Source: Octopus vulgaris
Lineage: Eukaryota
Assembly: GCA_951406725.2 (NCBI GenBank)
Contig: OX597821.1
Span: 21,390,001-21,454,000, forward strand
Reading direction: 5' to 3'
DNA: 64,000 nt
In this document: positions 14,623 to 26,918 of the stretch, in pieces
How the letters are laid out: each line of letters starts with the position of its first letter
Numbering within the stretch: position 1 is the stretch's first letter
Program-made: the position numbers and the translations under genes
Notes under the pieces: generated by a model
Database searches by the model: none
What the model saw: the letters and a program-made list of their open reading frames with translations, nothing else
Told to the model about the DNA's origin: nothing

Positions 14623-14729
14623 CATCTATAGCAAAATAAGTCGCGATCATTTTTGCATCCCCTCGTAGAAGCCATGTCATTTGATATCTGTCTCTATGAT
14701 TAAAAAGGAACATGAGTTGGTTGAGCATT

Positions 14730-15463
14730 TACATTACACTTTGCGTGTACACATTTTTAGATAATTGGATCTTTCCTAATGTCCCACGGAAAGACTCGCG
14801 AAATTGTCAATAACAAAAGACAGGAAGAGTCGTTATACTGATTCTCCTTCGTATCTTCGTAATCTCGCGTGGAGGGCAGATATTATGGTGAAACCATTTT
14901 CATGATGTTCACCATGTACAATGGAATAGGTGCACTGAGTTGGGATATTTTTAGTTGAAGTTTTTTTTCCAACTGTAAAAACAAAAGCTCTTAATGTGCT
15001 TGGTTTCCTTCCGTATTGAAGGGTAAAAGTGATGGGATAAATTTGTGAAGACTTTAGAGTTTCATTTATTGATGTCACATTAATTATGAGGTTTACTAAA
15101 GTGTATTACCAATAAAGTTTATAAGTTAATTTGAATTTTGGCAATAAATTGGAAAAATTCGGTACTGCTATTTTAAAAGTTTTTATTCAAAAACAGTTTT
15201 TGTGTGATATAGTTTATTTCAGGTGGTTAACATAAAATGCTCTGCCTACATGAAAATTTATGTTTCTACTACATTTTTAAACTAAATTTTGTGATCAGCC
15301 AAGACCGTAAATTGATCTTTCTTCCAAAAATGAGCAATTTCAGTAGAGCAAAAACGGTAGGTAACCATGAAAAATTAATGTCATTTTCTGAATCAGCACC
15401 ATCAAATTAGCTAAAAAAAATCGTGTTTTGTTTCTTGGCACCAAAAATCGTGTTGACCAGTGT
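14730..15463. mobile_element. Decayed CAC-terminated DNA transposon end (Chapaev/Transib-like)
   Basis: Terminus ...ggcaccaaaaatcgtgttgaccaGTG, subterminal tgaatcagcaccatcaaatta and a faint FHHNI...RRYEG peptide on the minus strand. Confidence 0.4.
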
Positions 15464-15479
15464 AATTGGCCTTGAAACG

Positions 15480-16232
15480 TACCTTAACACATCAATGTGC
15501 TCTTAAAACTGCACTGAAGCATGACTATTCTAAACGAGCTTCATTTATGAAGATTAGTCAGAAATTTTAAAAGTCTCTAGACCTACAAGTTAACAATGAG
15601 AATAACAAAAGACACCCAAATACTGACAGACCTACCATTGCTTCTCCTGATTTAGAAATTAACAATCAGAAAGACCAAAGAAATCTAAATAGTGACAAAC
15701 CTATCACTGATGCAAAAAACATCAGGAAAAAGCAAAGAAGGCTTTTATGAATATCGAAGACAACTGTAGAGGTAAACTCCTGCATGGAAAATACTCTAAC
15801 GGCTTGTTAGATATTGATCAAACTAACATAATGGCTAAAAGGGACAGGTCTGAAAGGGACAACAGAAGGTTCGTTATTGCTGCGCAAGATCAGGGATTAT
15901 CTACCAGAAACTACCGTGGAGGCATCATTAATGATAGATCTGACCCTCGTGCAGTATTTGTGAAAAATTCAGAGACAACTGACTGTGTTGATAAGGAAGG
16001 GAGCGGAGAAGTATGTTAAGCAGCTCCCTGTTAACTCCAATTTCCGTGAGCTACAAACGGTAACCTTGATGGGTACAGCCCATATACTACGGAAAGCACT
16101 CTTCATCTAAAATAGAATAAATGTGGTTATAATTTTAGCATGCATAGCAAAACAAAAGTGTCCTTGCTACTCTTGGCCTCCGGAGGATGCCAAGCGTACT
16201 AAGGCAACTGAAATAGAGTTATAATGAAAGGA
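15480..16232 (+). mobile_element. R4/Dong-type LINE 3' fragment
   Basis: IAAQDQGLSTRNY and LQTVTLMGTAHILRKAL motifs, followed by (TAA)n at 16233-16280. Confidence 0.75.
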
Positions 16233-16280
<48 letters not shown>

Positions 16281-16302
<22 letters not shown>

Positions 16303-17105
16303 GTAAAAAGCAGCAAAAAGACACATTCTATTGTCAAGGAAGCTAGCAAATTCGCAAGGGAACTCAGTATTAACCGTGAATTAGATGAAGAACCTGAAAC
16401 CACTACTACAAAAGAAGCAAAACAGAACAGAAGGACTACAAAAAAGAACGGAGCGGTGGAGCCAGAAGCCTCTACATAGACAGTATATACTTCAAAGCCG
16501 AAATGCTGAATACACCAAGCAACAACCCATCGGTGGCTGAGAAGCTCAGGACTGAAAGCAGAGACTAAAAGGTTTCATATTAGCGACACAAGATAAAAGC
16601 TTGCTTACCAACAAACACCAGGCTACCGTTGAAAACGGTTCTGACTATAAATGCAGATTCTCCGATATATTTCATAAAATAATAGACCATCACATCTCGG
16701 GATGTTTTATGCTCACACCAAATGAATGCAGAAATAACCACGATAGTGTGGGACAGTATTTACATTGGAAAATAAGTAATCACAACAAAATCAGCACTCC
16801 TAGTTACCGGTATGAACATTATCCTGAGCCAGTCGTTGAAGGTAAAAATGTCACTATCACCTGGGATTTTTCAATCAACCCCAACAGAACGAACTTGGCT
16901 AACCGACCAGACATAGTCATTAAAAACAAGGAAGAAAATACTTGTAGGCAAATAGATGTAATTGTTCCCAGTAACAAAAATATGTGTAAAGAAATTTGAC
17001 AAATTAAGTAAATATAAGACTCTGGAATATAAGTAAATATAAGACTTGAAATGCATAAGGTGTAGCATAGGAAGGCGAGAATTGGTTCTGTTATTGTGGA
17101 TGCCC
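16281..17105 (+). mobile_element. R4/Dong-type LINE fragment (zinc knuckle and RLE endonuclease)
   Basis: ORF 16601..16999: CRF...IDHHISGC...HDSVGQYLHW...ITWDFSI...NRPDIVI...IDVIVP. Confidence 0.85.
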
Positions 17106-17117
17106 GAGGTATGAGAG

Positions 17118-17421
17118 TGGAGGCACATGGCCTAGTAGTTAGAGCAGTGGACACGCATTCGAGAGATCTCGGATTCGAATCTCAGACCGAGCGATGTGCG
17201 TGTTTATGAGTGAAAAACCTAAGCTTCACGTTCTCTGCCAAAGTTAATGCCGAACTATTGCTGACTCTTTCGCCACCAGCTTCTCTCACTCTTTCCTCCT
17301 GCATCTTGAAGCTCACCTGCGACGGACCGGCGTCCCGTCCACGTGGGGAACCTATACGCCAAGGAAACCGGGAAACCGGCCCTATGAACCAGGCGTGGCT
17401 CGAGAAGTAACAAACAACAAC
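17118..17421 (+). mobile_element. SINE with family B head and alternative tail
   Basis: tRNA-like head. Collinear with 60226-60518. Confidence 0.85.
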
Positions 17422-17665
17422 TAGGTATGATAAGAAAAAAGATTGTGCCCACAAGTAGTGCGCACATCCAACCCTATCAATTTAAATGTCTGTGTTTTAT
17501 TACACGAAGATATTTCACTACAGCTCCTGTCACCACCATCCCGCTTTCAGTCATAATGTATCATCTCTTATACTTCACTCGCCCTAGGACGTTGGTCTTA
17601 AGTGATTGTGACAAACATGCAGATTAAGAATAAATACATAAATAATAATAATAAATAATAATAAT

Positions 17666-18211
17666 AAATGCCCTGATGCAGTACCAGGCAGTGGCTCTCA
17701 TGGCATCTGATCTTAACTGATTGGAAGTGTTATCATGTACATTGTTTTTGTCTTGGTATAAAAGATGGGCTACAGCAAATATTCTGCTCAATACCACAGA
17801 TTTGCTTGTCAGTTGTTTGACCTTAACCCTTAGTGGCTGACGATATGTGCATCTCTGATCACGAGCAGAAGTAGTGGGGGAGCATCATAGCCATGTGCTG
17901 AGAGGGATTCTTTGGGGTCTGAATAATTCACCTCTGGAAACATGGGTGGTTCTTTCAACATCCTTAAACAACCCTTATTCAGGGACCTTTTGAGCGGGAT
18001 GGGCTACTCAACCTGAAGAAATTTCTAACAGGGCCCCACCTGCAAGGTCATGTGCTGTTTATCTTGATATGAGATCACCATGTCGCGCACATATGGTTGT
18101 GATGCATGTGCCTGGTGTACCCTTATCAGACAGGTAGTCATGATGGGTATACTGGGTTTCGTATATTTGTACCCCAGTGTCACTTTGATGGCATGCACTG
18201 CTCTCTCACTC
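17666..18211 (+). mobile_element. About 545-bp non-coding interspersed element embedded in (TAA)n
   Basis: Complex sequence sharply bounded by TAA repeats on both sides, with no credible ORF and no tRNA head. Class unresolved. Confidence 0.55.
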
Positions 18212-18300
<89 letters not shown>

Positions 18301-18339
18301 TGTATCCCAGTAGTTATACTTGCATATGGAACTATCCAT

Positions 18340-18760
18340 AGGCGCAGGAGTGGCTGTGTGGTAAGTAGCTTGCTAACCAACCACATGGTTCCGGGTTCAG
18401 TCCCACTGCGTGGCATCCTCGGCAAGTGTCTTCTATAGCCTCGGGCCGACCAAAGCCTTGTGAGTGGATTTGGTAGACGGAAACTGAAAGAAGCCCGTCG
18501 TATATATGTATATATATATGTATGTGTGCATGTATGTTTGTGTGTGTGTGCTTGTTCCCCTAGCATTGCTTGACAACCGATGCTGGTGTGTTTATGTCCC
18601 CGTCACTTAGCGGTTCGGCAAAATGAGACCAATAGAATAAGTACTGGGCTTACAAAGAATAAGTTCCGGGGTCGAGTTGCTCGATTAAAGGTGGTGCTCC
18701 AGCATGGCCGCAGTCAAATGACTGAAACAAGTAAAAGAGTAAAAGAGAGTAAAGAGAGAG
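18340..18760 (+). mobile_element. Full-length SINE family A inserted into an R4/Dong LINE 3' end
   Basis: Matches the other family A copies. LINE peptide PVVILAYG lies before it and LVQLQKIVL after it. tatcc flanks both sides. Confidence 0.92.
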
Positions 18761-19000
18761 TATCCCTAAATATCTGAACAGATGCATACAGGAAATGACA
18801 TAAAAGCCAGTTTAGTACAGCTGCAGAAAATAGTGTTGTCATTAGGGACAGCTAGGATATTTATGAGGGTACTTGGGATCTAAGGTTTCTTGCTGTAACC
18901 CACCCAATAAAACGGTTCTTGGCATCTAAGGCTTCTTGTTGTAACCCGATGTTAGGATTCTTTTCTTTTCAACAGTCTAACCTGTTGAGTGCATATGAAA
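18761..19000 (+). mobile_element. R4/Dong LINE C-terminus and 3' UTR with (TAA)n tail
   Basis: LVQLQKIVL..LGTARIFMRVL, a duplicated 24-bp 3' UTR motif and a TAA tail. Confidence 0.7.
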
Positions 19001-19015
19001 ATAATAATACCCATA

Positions 19016-19046
<31 letters not shown>

Positions 19047-19246
19047 ATCCTGGTCTTGTTAAAATTTGAATATTGTAAAAATAAACAGAGTCTTATATTA
19101 GTTATTACTGATTACCTCGTCGAAGAGTGATTCTTCGACGAAAGAACTAGTAAATACTAATTTCCTTTACGAAGGATTTTCATTACTTCTTCGACAATGG
19201 AAAGGGTAACTACATATATCCTTTATTGAAGTAACTCTTCAATTAG

Positions 19247-19340
19247 TTTTCTCTGAGGATGGAATGTTTGTCTTTTATAAGAAAATGTTTGCTCAATGTT
19301 GCATGCATGTACAGCAATTCTAGAAACAGCTGTAAGAGAG
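19247..19340 (+). ncRNA. Type I hammerhead ribozyme motif, intact core, long helix II
   Basis: TTTTCT-CTGAGGA-TGGAAT...ATTCTA-GAAA-CAGCTG-TA-AGAGAG. Palindromic helix III ACAGCTGT. Predicted cleavage after A19334. Confidence 0.75.
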
Positions 19341-19994
19341 TTTATACACAGATTTTAAATCTATTTTCTCTAACACTTCTGCAATTATGTTTGAATTATA
19401 AATTACATGTCTCAATGTGATACCACATGCTTTGCATATTCATTTTGTGTTCTTAAATATGTGTGTGTGCGCACGTGCGTGTCTACGCATGTCTGTATAT
19501 ATATATACATATGTATGTATATATATATGTATATACATATGTATGTATGTGTGTGTGTATGTATGTAAGCAAATATGTATGTATGTATGAATATATATAT
19601 GTATGTATATCGGTGTTCATGATCATAAATGCGTGTGTTTAGCCGAAGTAATTTATTCACTAGTTTTCTTAAACGTCAAACAATAGTATCTCCGTATCTC
19701 TGTACAAACATGTTTCTTACACTAATACAATTTCTGTTCATATTTGCTTTCGTCTGTATATATATTGATAATTTTAATCGGTCAGCCGAAGCTTGTTCCG
19801 TTTCGGCTGACCAAATCCAAGCTATTTATATACTACCTCCGGTAATGAGTACTTTTTCTTCCGTTCGTTAGGAATAACATATTTTTCGTGTGTGTATACA
19901 TATGTGGGTGCTTGCATGTGTGTATGTTTGCGTGCATATTTCTGATTGTATACAAACAAATGTACGATTGGTTTTGTATATAGTCGCATATATA

Positions 19995-20093
<99 letters not shown>

Positions 20094-20102
20094 GCATGTA
20101 TG

Positions 20103-20482
20103 TATACTCTTTTTACTCTTTTACTTGTTTCAGTCATTTGACTGCGGCCATGCTGGAGCACCGCCTTTAATCGAGCAACTCGACCCCGGGAATTATTCTT
20201 TTGTAAGCCCAGTACTTATTCTATCGGTCTCTTTTGCCGAACCGCTACGTAACGGGGACATAAACACACCAGCATCGGTTGTCAAGCAATGCTAGGGGAC
20301 AAACACAGACACACAAACACACACACGCATATATATACATACATACGACGGCCTTCTTTCAGTTTCCGTCTACCAAATCCACTCACAAGGCTTTGGTCGG
20401 TCCGAGCCTATAGTAGAAGACACTTGAACCCGGAACCATGTGGTTGGTAAGCAAGCTACTTACCACACAGCCACTCCTGCGC
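20103..20482 (-). mobile_element. SINE family A with a short internal deletion
   Basis: Reverse complement of family A. Lacks about 27 nt after the B box. Confidence 0.9.
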
Positions 20483-20489
20483 GTATGTT

Positions 20490-20858
20490 TATATCGTCTT
20501 AGTGGCACTCTGTCGGTCACGACGATGAGGGTTCCAGTTGACCGATCAATGGAACAGTCTGCTCCTGAAACTAATGTGGACGTGGTTGAGCACTCCACAG
20601 ACACGTGTACTCTTAATGTAGTTCTCGGGGAGATTCAGCATGACACAAAGTGTAAGAAAGCTGGCCCTTTGAAATACATGTACAACAGAAACACGAAGAA
20701 AGTGTGAGAGAATGTTGTGGTGAAAGACTACAGGAGGGTTCACCATCACCCCCTGCCGGAGCCTCATGGAGCAGTAGGTGTTTTCGCTATGGGAATCGAA
20801 ACCACGATCCCACGACTGCAAGTTCTCTGCCCTAATCACTGGGTGATTGCGGCGCGCA
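20490..20858 (-). mobile_element. SINE family B
   Basis: Reverse complement of 8498-8880. Confidence 0.85.
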
Positions 20859-20878
20859 CATTCAAATATATACGCATG

Positions 20879-20942
<64 letters not shown>

Positions 20943-20961
20943 TACACATATATATCTATTT

Positions 20962-21009
<48 letters not shown>

Positions 21010-21192
21010 AATGGATGAATGAATTATCCTTTGTTTACCGTTAACACGGAAAATTCAATAAACAGTTACCAGGGTAGCAAAATTCACGCAAGTAACACAG
21101 AGGAAGCGACCTCTTCAAAGGTAGAAACTCCGGGTTAATGTGCAGTAATTTGTGTATTATAAGTAAATAAATGGAGTAACTCCATTTATTTA

Positions 21193-21198
<6 letters not shown>
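21010..21198 (-). mobile_element. Terminal fragment of the hammerhead-bearing family also at 35605 and 47724, ending in a perfect palindrome
   Basis: Minus strand ccggagtttctacctt...ggtaactgtttatt...tttccgtgtta aligns to 35788-35885 and 47881-47985. Flanked by (TA)n on both sides. Confidence 0.7.
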
Positions 21199-21274
<76 letters not shown>

Positions 21275-21494
21275 TGTATGTATATGCATGTGTATACTTG
21301 GAAATGAATACGTGGCGTTCAATGAAATAATAATATAAATAATATATATATATTTGCATATATATATATACATACATATATATAAATATATATGTTTCTT
21401 AAATGGCTTACAAACAACTTCCACGCTGCAATTGTTTTCGTTCCAGCACACAATCTCAGATCAAGTCACTTGCTATGCAGGTAAATCTCCGTAA

Positions 21495-21527
<33 letters not shown>

Positions 21528-22374
21528 CATGCATATATGGGTACAGGACATCGCCAACAGTAAACAACATGAAATATGAGACCAAATGCGTTCAATACGC
21601 AAACAGCGAGAAAAACAAATGTAAAACAGGACAAGTAACACAAAGAACGATCCTTCATTAGTTGTCGGTTATCTATCTGCTCCTTATTTCTAGCACTGTA
21701 CGGCAATATGCGTCTTCGAAGTTAGTAGCTCCCATAAATACCAAAATAAAATTTTGGTTTTACGGAGAGTAAAATTTGGGAACAAAACCGAGACAGTGTA
21801 GGCATACAAGTAAGCCAAACGAAAACAAACCAGAACGAGGATAAAATAGTGAACGCTGGAGAAATATTTTCTTTGAAAAGAGAAAAGATAGAAGAGAGAG
21901 ATAGTAGACGTCCTTTCCTGAGGACAGTCCTGAAGGAAAAGAAAGATGATCACGCGAGGAAAAGAAAAATGGACGATGGTCACATATGAGCAACAAGACA
22001 CAAAAGGGAAAGAGGGGAGTGAGCGACAGATAGAAAATGGTAAACGGAAGAAAAAAAGGAATTAGTGAAAAGGATGGGGGAGAGTACAGTATACAGTAGA
22101 CTCGCATCAAAAAGATTAAGATAAACTTAAATGGAAATGGATGCGTGGCGTTCAATCAAATAATAATATAAATTTATCTTAACACTTACAACAGCGAAGG
22201 CTCATTGCGTCATTTTCTCTAAACTAGAATGTGTAATTTTTACGTTCATATTTGGATTTTTTGTGTTTTAATTTTTCTCTGCTTTTTTACGCATTCTCAA
22301 ATTTAATAAGCATATAGCGGTCGGTAAAACCGAATCAGAAAATCTCTAGTAAGCCTTTTTTTTATTTATTTATA

Positions 22375-22414
22375 TACTCGAAGAGACCAAGAACTGGTCG
22401 ATACATGTGTCGTA
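22375..22414 (+). ncRNA. Decayed compact hammerhead motif
   Basis: TAC-TCGAAGA-GACCA(agaac)TGGTC-GATA-CATGTG-TC-GTA. All three helices pair, and the core has three substitutions. Confidence 0.55.
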
Positions 22415-22918
22415 CCTCATAAAATATTTTACTCATTCCATCTATATCATTAATACTGTTACCCCATCTGCCACTACGTCTCATGTTCTGACATCAGTAT
22501 GACGCTTTGCTGTGACTACAGTTTGGAGCAGTAATTCAGACAACTGAGAATTAAAGTTCCCCCTTAAGAACAGCATGGCGACCATTTTCGGCTTTTAAAT
22601 TATCTGAGGATCTGTCCAGCTACTCGCGTTGAAAGTTTTAACATCTTGGTAATTTGCGTCTGGAATGTTGCAGAATTACTCATGTAGATTCTCTCGGCAC
22701 GCACCAACTATGATTCTCGGATTTCACTAACACCTGATCCTCTGTATTCCGACTGTAGGTCGGTTGGGGCGTGCTCTAAACCCCTCAGGAGAGAAATGCC
22801 TGTTATTTTTTTTCATTTACATACTGTATTTAGGTCTTTTCGCAGTTTGGTTGTGCTATCAGGGCCCTGGGTGGTTTTGTTTGAATATTGTGTGTGTTTA
22901 TGCTTCAATAGTTGATAT

Positions 22919-23538
22919 GCAGGAGTGGCTGTGTGGTAAGTAGCTTGATAACCAGCCACATGGTTCCGGGTTCAGTCCCACTGCGTGGCATTTTGGGCAA
23001 GTGTCTTCTGCTATAGCCCCGGGCCGACCAATGCCTTGTGAGTGGATTTGGTAGACGGAAACTGAAAGAAGCCTGTCGTACATATGGCGAGCTGGCAGAA
23101 ACGTTAGCACGCCGGGCGAAATGCGTAGCCGTATTTCGTCTGTCGTTACGTTGTGAGTTCAAATTCCACCGCGGTCGACTTTGCCTTTCATCCTTTCGGG
23201 GTCGATAAATAAAGTACCAGCTACGCACTGGGGTCGATATAATCGATTTAATCCCTTTGTCTGGTCTGTCCTTGTTTGTCCTCTCTGTGTTTAGCCCCTT
23301 GTGGGCAATAAAGAAATATATATGTATATATGTGTATGTGTGTGTGTTTGTGTGTGTGTGTTTGTCCCCCTAGCATTGCTTGACAACCGATGCTGGTGTG
23401 TTTACGTCTCCGTCACTTAGCGGTTCGGCAAAAGATACCGATAGAATAAGTACTGGGCTTACAAAGAATAAGTCCCGGGGTCGATTTGCTCGACTAAAAG
23501 CGACTGAAACAAGTAAAAGAGTAAAGAGAGTAAAGAGA
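22919..23538 (+). mobile_element. SINE family A interrupted by a family C SINE
   Basis: Family A head runs 22919-23080 and the body resumes at about 23317. Confidence 0.9.
23086..23316 (+). mobile_element. Full-length SINE family C, nested in the TA tract of family A
   Basis: ggcgagctggcagaaacgttagcacg... Matches 63516(+) and 42295(-). Confidence 0.9.
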
Positions 23539-24039
23539 ATGCATTTGCATATTCTGTATTTTTGTGTATGTATATGTGTTTAAGAGCGCTTTTACGTACG
23601 TGAAGGCTATCTGATGTATGTTTGTGTTCTGGGAGTGTAAATGCTTCCACCTTGATGAAGGTGTCAGGTGAAGTAGGGTAGACAAATGAGGCAGGTGTCG
23701 GGAAATGTGGGTGCGTTACTATATACATGCAACTGTAGATGTGGGGGAAGTAAGTGGAAGTATGGATGCTGATGTGTATGTGAGTGTGTGGTGTGAGAAG
23801 GAATGTGTGCATCTACTGTAGGGGTATAACGGTGTGTATGGTGTAGGTAATGAATTTAACGATGTTGAGGTGTGGGGTAGAGGAGGAGAAGCAGTGGAAT
23901 GTAGGAGGTGTGTGGCAGAGAGGGAGAGTCAGTAGAATGTGGGAGGTGTAGGTAGAGGAGGAGGGGCAGTGGAAAGTGGGAGATGTGTGGTGTGTGTAAG
24001 TGTATTTGGAGGTGCGTCTAGATGAAGAGAGGCGAAGAA

Positions 24040-25172
24040 TTGAGACCATGTGGAATGGAAGAATGTTTAGAGTAAACCAGTCCTATTCTCGATGGATGGG
24101 GGAGTCCGGTTGGCCTCTGTGCAAGGTCATCAGACAAATGGTGCTGAGAATGCCTAGTCGAGCAGAGGTTGTGCGAGACCGGGTGTCATTTCCGAGTCTG
24201 ATGTTCCGGAGATTTTCGGCAGACCAGTCAGCCAAAGCCGGTTTCCCCAATGTACAGAGAGTGATGGAGAGAGGAGAGCAGGTAATTGAATAAATTGCTG
24301 GAGGTACAGATGTGGCAGGAGCGCTTTTGGAGAGATGCCAGCGAGGATGGTGGTGTTGGTAGATGCGGAGATGCAGACGAGAGTAAGGTAATGAACAAGT
24401 TTGGGCGCCAAAAGTGGGGCAGAAGCTACGGAGAAGAATTTACGTAGTTTACGGGCGTGTTTCAACGATGACAGGGAAAGGTTGCGGATGACGTACGAGG
24501 GAGAGGGATCAGATTGGTGCTAACTGAAATCACATAGAATAGTGACTTAGTAAGGCAGAGTTGAGACTTAGTAAGGCAGAGTTGAGAGACTTAGTAAGGC
24601 AGATTTGAGAGGATGGAAGGTAGGTAAGGGTGGGGCGAGAGCAGCGTCAGGGTTTGGATGCAGGGTCAACAGATCTGACAGGGTTGTTTAGATAACAGTA
24701 AGGACTATGCCTGTTGAGTGAATTAGTGAACCATAACTTTGAGATTATGTCTCGAAGTCATGGTCATCACTGCAGAGCCGATGGGGATGGAAGAACTGAG
24801 AGTAAGGGATGGACAGTTTGGTTTGCGTAGAGTGGGAAGAGAAGAAGTTGAAATACGAGTGTAAGGCTATGGGCTTACAGGGAATAAAGGTGGTAAGCAA
24901 GGAGCGGAGGATGGTAACAGAAATGTCGAGTAAGTTGACGAAGATGTTGGAGACAGAGCATAAGAATTCGAGCGCGGGATGGAAGGACTAGATGAAAAAG
25001 TGGAAAGAGTCGAGATGTTTGCTGGAGAGTTAGATCACGCCGATACACTCATAAATGTAACGACCGTACAGCTCGGAAGCCGGACAGGTGTACTGAGAGA
25101 ATATTTTGCCCTCAACATGGCCGACAAAAAGTTTCGCATAGTTGGGGTACATTCTTGTTCCAATGTCCGCTA
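24040..25172 (-). mobile_element. Decayed Penelope-like element (RT C-terminal half and thumb, GIY-YIG endonuclease)
   Basis: Manual minus-strand translation: GTRMYPNYAKLFVG...YGRYIYE...SFHPALEF...LLDISV...KPIALHSYFNFFSSH...KLSIPYSQF...LCSDDHDF (25165-24745), then SNL...LYIGETG (about 24238-24300). Stops and frameshifts present. Confidence 0.85.
24545..24610. repeat. Three tandem 21-23 bp copies (gacttagtaaggcagagttga)
   Basis: Direct reading, inside the Penelope-like relic. Confidence 0.9.
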
Positions 25173-25550
25173 GAGACATGATTGTAAAACTCTTACGCGA
25201 ACGAAAAGTAAATTAAGGAGACCACTAGTTCAGCCATTATGCAAAAAAATAGTTATATTTGTCAAAGGCATAGTTTATTAATGAAATATACAGTATTGGA
25301 GAGCTATTAATAATGATCAGACGTTAGATAACTCAGCGCTTATCGAATATATCAGCACTTAAGTGATGGTAGGTGTGGGAAAAATATCCATGTCTGGTAT
25401 CCCCGAACATCACGTGAATGAAATAACCAGATATGTATCTAATATCCCGTGGGAAAGGAATTCGTAATATCGGCTGTAATATATTTATTTCCTATATACT
25501 TTGATTTTCATATACATACATACAAATATTTATCATATATATATATATCA

Positions 25551-25926
25551 TGGAGGCGCAATGACCAAGTGGTTAAGGTAGCGGAGTCGCGGTCGTAGAA
25601 AAGCGGTTTCGATTCCCAGACCGGACGTTGTGGGTGTTTATTAAGCAAAAAACACCTGACTCCACGAGGCTTCAGCAGGGGGTGGTGGCGAGCCTTACTG
25701 GGCTTTTTCACCACAACTTTCTCTTCCTCTTTCTTTCTGTATCTGTTTTTCTGAGGGCCAGCCTTGTCACACTCTGTGTCACGCTGAATCTTCCCGAGAA
25801 CTACGTTTTGGGCACACGTGTCTGTGGAGTGCTCAGCCACTGGCACGTTAATTTCATGAGTAGGTTGTTCCGTCGAAATGATCAACTTGAACCCTCACCG
25901 TCGTAATCGACGGAGTGCCACAAGGA
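25551..25926 (+). mobile_element. SINE family B
   Basis: Collinear with 8498-8880. Confidence 0.88.
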
Positions 25927-26283
25927 AAGATATATATATATATATATATGTGTTAGAACTTATTCAAACACATAGTTATAAACAAACTAAATTCATTGTT
26001 ACGAGCATACTTGCCATAGACATCCTATCGCATATGCGTACTTACATGCATACCAAACATGTATACATACATACAAATATACATACATACATATATATAA
26101 ATCTACCGCGTTGATATCTTAATTTCAAGACAACAATCCCAGTATGGGCATGGAAACCGGATCTTTCTACATCATTGAATATTTCGAAAAATAAAAGCAA
26201 CAGACTATATTTACATACATATGCACTTATATTATATATGCATACATGCGTATGATTGTGGTTGGGTGTGCATGATTATATGC

Positions 26284-26364
<81 letters not shown>

Positions 26365-26827
26365 TACATATGAACTTGTGTATATATTTATATGTGTGTG
26401 AGTGTATAACGGTGATGTTTTCTTTGAAGTATCAAAGCAATGAAGACGCCCAGAAGCCGAGGACAGCAATGGCAGTCATCACATAACCTCGATTTAAAAT
26501 CTTTCTTCCGCCATCTTCGCCTCATTTCTGTTACGTTTCATCCCACATCTTTTCGATTTCCACCTCCGCTGAACATTCCCCCTCCCATTGCTACCATGCC
26601 AGATTTTCGCCAACTTGTCTCTAACTTTTCCTCGTCTTTGTTCTTCAAAGAAGAAACTAACCCGCAACTCGACTTGTTCTTTAATAGACCTTCTCTTTCA
26701 ACGTTTCTCGTTTTAAACATTGTAATCTTCTCACCCCTACATCCTTCTCTTCTGTCCACCATACCAACGCACTACTGCCTTGCACATATGTATTTGATAT
26801 ATATACACACACGCACACACACACCCA

Positions 26828-26875
<48 letters not shown>

Positions 26876-26887
26876 ATTCAAATATAT

Positions 26888-26918
<31 letters not shown>

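Noticed and set aside
24545-24610. CRISPR-like repeat array (also 35964-36022 and 32408-32453)
   Set aside because: The copies are contiguous with no spacers, in a eukaryotic context. They are local slippage duplications.
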